Assembly (NCBI GenBank): GCA_003693705.1
Contig: RBZT01000854.1
Span: 1 to 42,314, forward strand
DNA from: Polymyxa betae A26-41
Taxonomy: Eukaryota; Protista; Endomyxa: Phytomyxea
Length of the DNA: 42,314 nt
Direction: 5' to 3'
Positions 12,030 through 22,539 of the stretch are shown one piece after another (the stretch's first letter is position 1; each line of letters begins with the position of its first letter). Below the pieces are notes generated by a model. That model ran no database searches and was not told the DNA's origin. It saw only the letters and a list, made by a program, of their open reading frames with translations. Both the position numbers and the translations under genes were made by a program.

Positions 12030-12610
12030 AAGATGATTAGAATGAATGAATGATGATGATGGTGATGAAGGAGGAAGTGTTGGCATCTATGTCATCGACG
12101 ATAGAGAAAAATCATCATCTCCACACTTTCATCGTCATATCATCTTATTTCCAGCATCAGCATCAACATTATTTCATCCTCCTCATCACCATCATCATTT
12201 ATCTCATCATCATCATCGACATTACTTCATCGTTCTTATCATCACCACCATCTTATCTCATCATCATCCTCAAAAAAACTTCATCTTCCTCATCAGCATC
12301 ATCATCAATATAGCATATTTTCTTCATCATCAGCATCATAATCTTATTTCCATCATCATTATCATCAACAACATTACTTCATTTTCCTCACCACCATATA
12401 TCATCACTATCCTCATTGTTTCTTCATGATTCATCAACATCAACATTACTTCATCTTCCTCCTCCTGATCATCATCTCCCCACATTCATTATCAACATCA
12501 TCGTCTTATCTCCACCATCAGCATCAACTTTATACTTCATGCTCCTAAACACAATCGTTATCTCGTTATCATCATCATCATCGTTTCATCACTATCACCA
12601 TCAATTACAA
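12030..12610. repeat. Degenerate (CAT)n/(GAT)n low-complexity tract
   Basis: Runs of ATC/CAT/CTT triplets over about 580 bp, preceded by a short GAT-oriented run. Confidence 0.9.
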
Positions 12611-13749
12611 TCTTCTCTCCAGAACCGTCGAGGTCCTCTTCCCATCGCCTTCCTTCGTTGAAGGTGCCAAAAATTGACATTTCCACTGCCACCATCGGTG
12701 CTACATCTTGCCTGGCGTTGCAGTCGTCGAAGTCAAACAGGCTATGCCAGGCTGACATAGGGAGCAAATACAGGACATTCTCACGGTTAAATGTGAATGG
12801 CAGTCGCTGTGCAGATCGCCATCTTTCGAAACGATAAACACTGTGTTCCTTTTATCAATATTCTCATCAGAATCTTCCGACATCTCGGCTCAATGAAGAA
12901 CACCGCCATTTTCGGAGCTTTGCTAAATTTCTAACATGGAAAGATTCACTCACAATGTGCATTATGTTACGTTAAGCTCCCGTTCCTGTTGCTGTAACCA
13001 GGAAGTCATAACGAAACATTAGTTTGCAGAAAATCCTGCGAGACCGCTACAGAGCTGAAACAGTATACACGCATGGAAATTGCTGCAACGAAAATCCCTG
13101 CCATTTCCATTCAGCCAACATGTAAAATGGAAAAAGGGTGCATATCTCGAATATTGCGATTGAATCTCATGATGGCTCTGATATGGTAAGCTACGTTTAC
13201 CAGCAAACCCGCCATAATCCAGCAGATCTGCGCGAATAGAAGCATCTAGGTCTGTCGGCTTGTTATTCGATAGAGATCACAAAGGGCTTATTGAGTCGGG
13301 TTGATGAAAAGCCTTCGTTCGTTCCATTAATCAATCTCTCTGAAACCTCCGTGAGTGTTTGTCCAGGTAATTCTACATCGTGAGTTAAACTTGGAAGTCA
13401 GGATTCATTCCGGAACGGATGGGTTTCAATAAAGGAAGTTACAAATCTAAAGGTTAGATTACAAGGACTTGGAAACGATGCCATTCGAACGGATATATAC
13501 CGGATGGCCACGAAGGAAAAAAATATAATCTTATCCTTGCCTACATGAGGAAGCCCCGCAAAAAGAGCTCGAGGTTGTTGACATTGCACTAGCTGCTGGT
13601 ATAACCGACACTACAGATTAAACCCTCTATCAACAAGTAGATGCGTTGAAGAAAGTGTTACTGGAGAATTATGGAATGAGATGGAATTTAGTAACTGATT
13701 GTCCTGATACAGTAGCTGTTCAACGGTGGAGAGTGAAATCTTTTTTCAA

Positions 13750-15030
13750 AGACGCGCCTCAATGACGGGAATCGAAGGACATCGATACTTCGTAACATAT
13801 ATCGACCACTTTACTAGATTCCGCACGGTCGCTCTGATGAAACACAAATCGGAGCAACTCGAGAACCTCAAAGCATTTGAAGCGATGTTCTCCAATAGAC
13901 ATGGGGTGTCAATCAAAGAGTTTCAAACTGACGATGGAGGCGAATATTTATCCATTGAAGGAAAGAAATGGATGCAGTTGAAAGGCATCCCCAATCGTAC
14001 AAGCAGTTGAAAGGCATCCCCAATCGTACAACTGTTCCTGGAGACTCCGAGTCGAATGGGCTTGCCGAACGGATGAGTCGGACACTGACAGACATGGCCC
14101 TGAGCATGATTGCACAAACTGGTCTTCCTCAATCATACTTTCCATGGGCTATCAACGCTGCTGCACACATCTACAACCGCCTGCCCCATTCATCACTTCC
14201 AAAACGCATTACACCATAACAAGCGCTGATGAAGCAAGTCCCAAATCTTCAATTTACCTGCGTACATTCGGATGCAATGCATATCGTCACATTCATGACC
14301 ATCAACGGAAGAAGCTGGATTTCCGGGCTCATAATGTTGTCGATATCGGATACGCAAACTCCCAAAAGGCATATCTGTTATACGACCCGGGGTCGAAGAA
14401 GAAATTTGTTGGCAGGGATGTCGTGTTCGACGAAGACCACTTTGATTTTGCACGTGGCGAAAAAGCCCTGGATCCACATTCAGCGGACAATTAAAACCTC
14501 ACATTCCCCTCCATATTCACCGGCACACCTGATACCTCTAACCTCCAGCAGTTGGTGGAGCCTGAAGAAGGAGACTCTCGTTCAACCCCAGATTCCGCAG
14601 TTTGCGAGGAACGATCCGATGTAATCTCACCTAATCAGCTGGCTATAACAGAGCATCAACCAAATCTTCGCAGGAGTCAGACGGAGCGCCGTCCCCCACA
14701 AGAGTTTTGGAAAGCTACAAGTACAAATCAAGCCAATCTAGCATGCTCAATCAGCAAAGACCAACTGTCAAGGCCCGACATTCAGACGCTCACAATTTCG
14801 CAAGTTAAAGTGCCTTCGTCTGTCCCAAAAGTTTTATCATCAGCATGCGCTGGCCATTGGTATGATGCTATGGCTAAAGAAATGCAGCAATTAGAGGCCT
14901 TCAACACATGGAGCCTCGAACAACTACCCCCAGGAAGAAAAGCAATATCGTGCAAACGGGTTTTTAATATCAAGCCGAACCAGACCGGAGACGGATCAAT
15001 ACGAAAATTCAAGGCCAGGCTGGTGGTCAA
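13750..15030 (+). pseudogene. Ty1/Copia pol fragment: integrase core plus start of RT
   Basis: GHRYFVTYIDHFTRF, FQTDDGGEY, ESNGLAERMSRTL, WAINAAAHIYNRLP, LRTFGCNAY, RKKLD, GRDVVFDE, WYDAMAKEMQQL..FNTW, GRKAISCKRVF, KFKARLVVK (truncated). Integrase-before-RT order indicates Copia. Confidence 0.93.
13974..14031 (+). repeat. Perfect 29-bp tandem duplication frameshifting the Copia integrase
   Basis: GCAGTTGAAAGGCATCCCCAATCGTACAA x2 (13974-14002, 14003-14031). Confidence 0.95.
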
Positions 15031-15309
15031 AATGGGGCATCATGCATTATCGTCCGTCATCATCGCTTGGGAGTGCTTTGAGGTTAGGCGATCAGGAGTT
15101 CGAAAGATAGATCATACCACATTGCCGTCTTTGATTAATTCCTCGTGGATCATTGTACCTAAGAACAACATAATGATGACATTTGTACGTCCTGGTCCGG
15201 CCTGATGATTTTTGAACTGCATAAGATTTTAAACTCTCAAACTGTTCTTGCTTGCAATTGAAACAGGGCCGCATGATGACTGCGACTGCTGAGTATTAGG
15301 GTTTAAGGG

Positions 15310-17700
15310 TGAATTTGTAAATTTTTTGTAATATAAAGGCCCGGACAGGCCACGTTTTGGTGATCTGACATTGTCAGGCGCCCATTAGACCGGGTAGCGA
15401 TGATGTGGCTGCGGGGGGATGTAGGGGTTGAGATTACTGCTGTGAACTTGGACTGGGGCACAACTCCTGGATGATGTCGGCCATTGACCAAAAGGGCGGC
15501 CTTCAAAGACTGCATCTGCCGCGCGCTTTCTGAGCACTTGGAGCGGGATCCGGAGGCGCCGTTCAAGCCGATCGGACATCGTCGCGCCAGTCGGGCGAAG
15601 AACGGTATGGGTCAAACTGGACGATACGATGTGGGAGTGGCCGTACTGGCAGACCTGGTTCGCGCAGTGTGCAGGTCCATGAGAAAGGCGAGCTGGGTCT
15701 CGATGTCGGCGACCTCTGGAGCGCAGCGTATCAGAGGTGAGAGGATGGCCGGTGAGCGGCCATGGGCTCCCGTCGGTAGCGGGTGGGCACCGGGAACATG
15801 GCGGGTGGCCGGGGGCAGGTGGTTGGCCTTGGGATCGGCGATCCGTAGCTGGCAGTGCGTGTGCCCAGGGTGGTTGGTGAGTTCGGCAACGGTCGGGGAG
15901 CGACGGAGGGGGGTCCATGCTTCAAGGATGGTCACAAGATCCGAAAGTCGTCAAAGTTCAGCGAAACATTCGGCTCGCTCATTATCGTCGACCGCTCGGA
16001 GTATAGAGCGGTCGCGATCGACTGTCCGGAATGTTTGCTGACGAGTCTGCTCGTCCATCAGGGTGCAGCTGGTGGTGCACCAGCGTTGGAAACGATCGTA
16101 ATGGACCCTGAAACAGTGGTGACGGGTCCGGCGGCTAGCTGTGCGACGGAAAAGAGTGACGATGAGCTGGCGGTGCCAACTATTGTAGAGGTCAATGGCA
16201 ATGGCTCGGAACTGAGCAAAGAGCACCCGCAGACATAATGGGTGACCACGCCGATCGTACCGACAGCTGTATTGAGGTCTTTCGAGACCTGTGGCTTTCA
16301 TTGGTAGAATCGAGAGGCCGTAGTCGAGGTTTGATCTTGCGAAGCCCTTGGCGAAATAGCACTTTCAGGTGTAAAGTTAGATCTGAGCGTAGCACACCTG
16401 CAAACGTCATGAGATTGGCCGCCTTTTTTGATCGATCGATGAGATCGGCTACATGCAATTCCGGAGCCAGGACGGCTACTCGAAATTTTATACCTAGCAG
16501 GTCGACGTCGTGACTGTATGGGATCAATTGGCCGTGAAGAAGGAGGCAGAATAATACGGTGGCATGGGATCTCGACCCAGTGATAGTGCATTTGGCAGTG
16601 TTGTAACGCAATCCTAGGCAAATCGCGAATTGTTCGCATTCTGTTTGTTGGAGTTGGAATCTGCGAATACAAAACGCATGGGCCTTGCCCAGCAAAGTAT
16701 TATCATCGGCATAAGCAACAGATAAGGTGGCAGTACCGCACAGTGTAGTCGCACGGTCCCGGAATTCAGCGATTCGTCGTAATAGGGGGTCGATGAACAG
16801 GTTGAAGAGTAAGATTGAGTCAACAGCGCCTTGATGGAGGCCCACTATGAGTTCAATGGGATCTAAGTATGTGCCGCGGAGACGGATGATGGCATAGGTC
16901 TTTTCTAACAGAGATATTAGAACATGCACACATTTAAGAGCAAGTCGGGACTGTAGCAGGTCAGAGAAAAGCAAGGAGCGGTGCACCGCGTGATGAGATT
17001 TTGGTTTGTCGAGCAGGAAGGCAGCTGGCCGTGGTTTAGTCACCAGTAGGGCTTCAGCAACGAGAGCTGCAGCGTCGGCTACACCGACATCTGCCTGAAA
17101 CCCGCATTGCAATGGGTGGCGTACGAGGTCAGGATCCTTGAGGAGGTACTTGCGGAGAATCTGTTCAAACAGCTTCTTTGGGTGTGATCAGCCCAATCGA
17201 ACGGTAGTTGGCGGGGTTGTTTTTTTGTTAGCTTCTTTTGAATCAGAATGATTTCGGTCGCTTTTTCCTCCGTTCTTGTGAATAAGAATGATTTGTGATG
17301 TGCGCCACGGTGTCGGGGTTGTAGAATCTTCGAAGCATTCTGAGAAAAGTGCCTTCAGCTTGAGCGCAGTGTCGCGAGGTGCGCATGCGAACAAAGGTAG
17401 CGGAATTTGGTCGAGTCCGAGCGATTTACTTTTGGGACATTCCTCAATCGCGTCGAGAGTTGGAGTTTAGCGGCGTCGTGATTGAAGGGGTACCGAGTTG
17501 TGGAATCTTGGATTCTTGACGAGATAAGCTGTCCCATATCCTGGATGGGGTCTGATAATACGGTGTCGGCGGGAGTAGATCAAGGTGTAGTAGTCTAGAA
17601 ATCCATCCGGAGTTGGTTCAAAGGCTGCATTAGATCTCAAAGTAAACATTTGCGAGACATTTTGGCGTGTCGCCATCATCATGTCAGGGATCAGTAGGTG
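15310..17700 (-). mobile_element. 5'-truncated non-LTR retrotransposon (LINE); RT pseudogene at ~16200-17500 with a GC-rich 3' region
   Basis: PKSKSLGLDQIP, TPTPWRTSQIILIHK, ANYRSIGL, QCGFQ, FLLDKPKSHHAVHR, GLHQGAVDSILLFNLFIDPL, YADD, YNTAKC. The boundaries are approximate. Confidence 0.8.
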
Positions 17701-18010
17701 TCCAGTAGCGGAATTTAGTGCTCAGCAGTTATAATATAATGCGCCAGTGAGTGTGGAAAGTTTGCGTGCAAATGCAACAATCAGCTAATATATCTATTCT
17801 GCTGTCATCAATACAATTGCAATTTTCAAGTATACATTGCTACAAGGTTAAAAAATTGCGTTGGGGACGAGTGGGCATACAAAACTTAAGAATACACATG
17901 TACGTCCTCTTGCGACTGCGCCCCATTATTGAAGTCGTCATTTTAAGGTGATGGACAAAACTGCATCCTGTAGTAGGTCTCGGCGTTGCCGATGACAACT
18001 TTCATGTGCT

Positions 18011-18446
18011 CTAACAAAATTCGCGGATCGACCCAAAACCTTTGACAAGCATATGATCTGCAAGATCATTCTGCCCGAACTCGTTCAGTTCCTGGCTCAG
18101 AGCCACGGGATCTGCCACCGGCGGATCGTCTTCATCAGGTGCATCCAACCCGCAGGAGCAGTGGCATTTGTAATTCCAGTTGATTTTCCGATTTTCGACT
18201 GCGTTCTTGTAAAGCGATAACTGCCGAGGCATCCCGCTTAGCCTTTTGTAGTGCTCGTGCGGCCTTGGCCCGGACTCGCTCTCCTTGGGATGTTTCTCCG
18301 GGATCAACCGCAGCCGTTCTGGCTCGACGCCATCGGCGCTGGTTGGAATCGCTTGCCGCGGCATGCCTGATCGCTCTATGCTGTTTTGTCGTTCCGTGAC
18401 AATAAAAAGGTGCGTTTATCGATGATGCTATCTCATGTCTATCCAT
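18011..18446 (-). pseudogene. Frameshifted ORF of unknown function with a CHCSC motif
   Basis: Overlapping ORFs 18135-18446 and 18011-18364, GC-rich and protein-like. No family recognised. Confidence 0.25.
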
Positions 18447-18599
18447 GCCTACAAAATCTTTGGTTTTGAATCGGTTTGATCCACAGCATCGGGAACAAAA
18501 CGATTATCAAAAAATTCATAGTTTTTATAAAAATCATCAAAGCCAAACGTATCGTATTCAGAAATTCAAAATAATCTTCAGGTAGAGAATCCTAAGTTC

Positions 18600-19300
18600 T
18601 GCAGTGCTCATGTCGAGAAAGATAGAGTTTTCAAACTGTGATTCGTTTCTCGCAATTGGCAGTCGAGTTATCTTGAAACTCTTCACACTCAGGGAGATCA
18701 TTGAGATGCTGGAAGAAGATCGATTCAGGTTATTTTTCGGTTTGCTAACTGGATTCCCGTCCTCTCGGAGATTCCGCCAGGAAATTGAGGCATCCGAACC
18801 CTGAATAACTAGCCGTTCGACGTCTTTCCGCCAGCAGAAAGTTCTCAGACGCTGTCAAGCAAACGGCAGATATTGGTGTTCGGGAGAAATCGGCAAACAA
18901 AGCGAGAAATTGTCTTGATCTCGGAAAGAATACGCTTGCTTTTCTTGCAGTGATTTGCCCCATCGCCAAGAACACTTTCGTGGTCGAACCATGCTGAGAC
19001 TAACGCGTGGATTTTATTGCCGTCGAGAAACAAGACACGCTGTGGAAACTCAAGCGGATTCTGCTGGCCAGACTGTTATTCTCCTGATATGACGACTGCT
19101 GAAATCGGACCTCCGATCGAGACCATGGCACCCGGAATTTTGGGACCATTCCAGAGCGCCGCTTTCCGTGAGATTACGGTCTTCAGTTCGCGAATTTTGT
19201 AGAGATCGTCTGACGTCGCTCCAAAGGTTCCAAATCAATAAACGTGTTCTTAGATTTATCGAATCAGCAATTGGGAATTCTAAAAGAAACAATTTCCAAA
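18600..19300 (-). pseudogene. Probable C-terminal part of the Crypton-like recombinase gene, separated by the 19318-22535 insertion
   Basis: Same strand and directly across the TSD from 22540-24310. VSAWFDHE..KKSKRILSEIKTISRFVCRFLP resembles C-terminal W..W...K..S..K..V..M.LFL segments of oomycete-type Cryptons. Confidence 0.4.
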
Positions 19301-19467
19301 ACAAACAATATCACATAAAAGGAATCCGTTAAAGAAACAGAACTTTGAACGTCACAGTTGAGGCAAAGCCAAACTTGTATACTATCCGCCAAAGATATCA
19401 AAAGATGGTCACATCATAATATAGCTTCCAAAGCTTGGTGGGATCTTTTATTGCATTTAGTTGAAGA

Positions 19468-20496
19468 TATGAATTCACAAACTAACGAGCTTGACGACTT
19501 TGAACTGCTTGACAGTCTCATTAACCAGCGAGCGATGATATTGACTGTCGCTGCTACTGCAGCAGTAAATTCTGATGTTTATTTTGTCGCTCAAAAGATC
19601 GTAGTAGAAAACCAGCAAAATGCTGATCCTTCTCAAGGTGTTAAGGATCAGTTGGCAGTGTTAATCAGGAACCCATCCTGGTTTCATGTTATAACAAATT
19701 TCAAATGGGACGAGTTCGAAGAGTTATCAGCATTGGTTTGCCCAACAATTGCTTTGAACGCAAGAACAACGGGACAGCTGAGAGGAGTTCTTGGTCGTCA
19801 ACCAAAGCTATCTCCTCAGCAACGTTTGCTTCATTTTGTTCTTTATATGAAGCACGACAACACCGTTATTTTTGATACGCATGGCTGGAATTGGTCGAAA
19901 TCGTCTGCTTGTGACGACGCACTCTTCTTCGCCTCATGTATCAACAGCTCGTTTGCAGACGAACTTCGTTGTCCTACGGAGCTCGAGAGACGGAATTTGG
20001 CAACGAGGACAATTTTCCACAGGTGTCTAGTTTTATCGATCGTACTTTGGTTGATCTTCGCCGACCATCAGCAAGAAATTGTCTGATCGCCACCTGATGT
20101 GGTATAATGGTCGAAAATCCCATGTACTACGTTAACAATACTGTTATTGTGGACCACGATGGATTGTTTATTTATATTGATCCTGCGTATCCAGGCTCGA
20201 TTCACGATGTTAATTGTTTACGCCGGTCAGATCTATTTCAGAATTGGCGTGAGTATTTCGCTCACACAGACGAATATTTCGAGTATGTACTCGGAGATCC
20301 GGGTTACATAGGAGAGGAAATGTTCATCATGCATCGTATTCGTCCTAGCGCGTTGCTACCAGGGCAACAAATTGATGCTGTTGACGCATTTAATACAGTC
20401 CATGGTGTAATGCGCGTTCGTGTAGAATGGGGCATAGGAGGGATGAAACGGAAGTGGAAGAAGTTGATGAAAAAAATCGACGTAACTCTTCCGAAA
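19468..20496 (+). pseudogene. DDE_Tnp_4 (HARBI1-like) transposase, copy 1
   Basis: TNFKWDEFEEL, PKLSPQQRLLHFVLYMKHDN, WNWSKSSACDD, NNTVIVDHDGLFIYIDPAYPGSIHD, VLGDPGY, RVRVEWGIGGMKRKWKKL. Frameshifted and 3'-truncated. Confidence 0.9.
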
Positions 20497-21535
20497 TGAA
20501 ACGGAGAAGGCGTCACGTTTCCTGTCCACCAAATGTAATCAAAAATTCATTTTCGATCGCCTGCGCAATGTGGTAGCCCGTCTCGACTCCGGGCGCACGG
20601 CTGTAACGCTAGACAGCTATATGGGCCAACTCATCATGCTATTGATCGGAATGGGTATTACAGGCACCCGGTCGGGGCCTTTGGAACATCTTACGGCCCG
20701 AGTAACGGAGACGGTACACTCATCGGTAGCTCATCCGGTTATTCGTCTTACGTCTGTCTCTTTAGATCAGTACATGGCTTGAATGAGGCACCTTGACAAC
20801 AATGCTGAAAGAGATGGTCGAACTGACCCCTGGTTTGGAGTCTGATGATTCCGAAGATGACATCAATGGGCCACATCAGGGCGACGACGACATCGAAGAG
20901 GACCATCAATCCCAGATCGCAAAGTCACCTGCCAAGGAGTCACATCAGGGCGCCGCCCTCAAAGAGGACGATCAATCCCAGACCGCAAAGTCACCTGCCA
21001 AGGTCTCAGATGGCGAAGGGCATAGCGATCGCGAAGGCGATGACGCTAATGCTCACCCAGAGGACGAGCCATCGAGCATCGCCTACTCACCCTCGGACAG
21101 CTATCAGGAACAATCGCGTAGCATTGGGCCTGACAGCGATGTCGAACCTGACAAAATTGACATCAACAAGGATCAGGGAGTGCTTGCAGAGGAATTCAAC
21201 ACACGCCTGCACAGTCTAGGTTTATACAAGGATACGTTGACCAGGTCGAGCGTCAAAGACCTCCAGCGAGGCATCACGTGTTGGGTGGAATGGCGCCAAG
21301 CGCTCGAAGATCACTTTAGTTTTCGCCACTGGGGCGACGCCCTTGTGGAGGAAGTGCGCAAGCGCCGCCAAGAGATTACGACTGCTCTGGGCAAGCGCAA
21401 GCGCAAAAGCATGACACCAGCCCTGTCCCAGCTGAACAAACTGCCAGAGAGTAAACAGCCCAAGACGAGAGTGGTGTGCGCGGAGGAGTTTGTCAGGTTG
21501 GTGTGTGAACAACCGGAGGTCGGCGGCCCGCTTCT
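20497..21535 (+). mobile_element. Truncated LTR retrotransposon: putative 5' LTR (20497-20774), PBS-like TGG, gag-like ORF
   Basis: Begins with TG where transposase homology stops. ...TACA|TGG at 20774. The ORF from ~20802 has an acidic N-terminus then WVEWRQALEDHF...EVRKRRQ, resembling retrotransposon gag. Confidence 0.5.
20872..21003 (+). repeat. Imperfect in-frame tandem duplication (~66-69 bp) in the gag-like ORF
   Basis: HQGDDDIEEDHQSQIAKSPAK / HQGAALKEDDQSQTAKSPAK. Confidence 0.85.
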
Positions 21536-22273
21536 GCTGCAGTGTCTATCGAACTCTTCTTGTGAGAGTAGATTTAGCTCTAAAGCTGCTTTGAGTTTAT
21601 CCAAGCGTGCTAAGTCTGAGCGATGGCGTAACAATTCCTCCTGACCTCGGCTCAAACTCGAAAACCTCTCGCTCATCGTTGCCAACGAGCTTGATTGTAT
21701 ATCAAGCATTCGACTTTTGGTCTTCTGGACCTTCTTCTCTATGCTCTCTTTTGCAAGGATTCTGGTCAGCCTTGGGCGTAATGTTTTCTTTTGCCACGGC
21801 AACTTTTGCCATAATCTCATCTTGTCGGGCAAGAATGTTTCGTTTGGCATGGTTGTCTGTTTTCTTGATCTGCTGAAGAAAATCGTCTGGCTGTAAGCAT
21901 ATTTTACCAGATTTATCATCTGCATCTCCAGTTTTCAGTTCCGGTTTTTTCGGAGATGTTTTAATTGGTCTTCAGAAATTCTACAATTTGGAAGTTCCTT
22001 TTTGTGTTCTTGGTAGATCTAGACGGCCACCGGCATCAACAAAACATGCTACTTTCTTACTCAATTTACCTTGGGCCAGATTTCTTTCGGAATCAGCTGT
22101 TTGCCCGCCTTCTTACGGCCGTTGGACCATTCGTTATAGCGCCTTCCGTGTGCTGCAAGGAGAATACTCAGCTTCACTGAGTTCATTGTATCGCGGAACT
22201 CTGTTCTCAAGCGTTTCGGCCCGGGCGTGGATGCTGTTGAAGGCAGAGTGACAGTGTCGAAGCTGCAAGCCAT
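21535..22273 (-). pseudogene. Accessory gene of copy 1 (helical N-terminus, SHOCT-like C-terminus)
   Basis: IPKEIWPK, then GT-AG intron 22019-22069, then IYQEH; NHAKRNIL; DLARLDKLKAALELNLLSQEEFD. Homologous to the three other copies. Confidence 0.82.
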
Positions 22274-22539
22274 GCTAAAAACATAAGATCTAGAGCAGAA
22301 TAGAATTCCTTTAAGCGAAAGAAGAATAAAACTGTATTATAACGGACGAAGTAAGGCAACGTGGGGTCCCAGGATTCAGTGAAATCTGGGTTCAAAGTTT
22401 TGCACCCAGCTTTGAGTGGCCCTGAAACTTTGAGCACAACTTTGACTATGACTGAAAGCAGGATGCCACACCCGCCCAACTTTGACCTTCAAAGATTGTG
22501 ACTGATTAGACTTAATGCCTTTAACGGATTCCTTTATAG

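Larger units (their letters stand above)
19318..22535 (+). mobile_element. AAA-TIR PHIS/Harbinger-like family, copy 1
   Basis: Perfect 17-bp TIR AAAGGAATCCGTTAAAG. 3-bp TSD ATA (19315-19317, 22536-22538). Transposase plus convergent accessory gene; the centre is replaced by an LTR/gag fragment. Confidence 0.88.

Noticed and set aside
12046-12661. His/Ile/Ser-rich ORFs
   Set aside because: Translation artefacts of the (CAT)n tract.
13130-13720. Gag region of the adjacent Copia element
   Set aside because: No convincing CCHC knuckle, protease or GAG-pre-integrase motif.
13974-14031. 29-bp direct repeat as a mini-CRISPR
   Set aside because: No spacer; it is a duplication of Copia integrase coding sequence.
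15385-16301. Many overlapping ORFs on both strands
   Set aside because: High GC lowers stop-codon frequency; no recognisable domains. Treated as the LINE 3' region.
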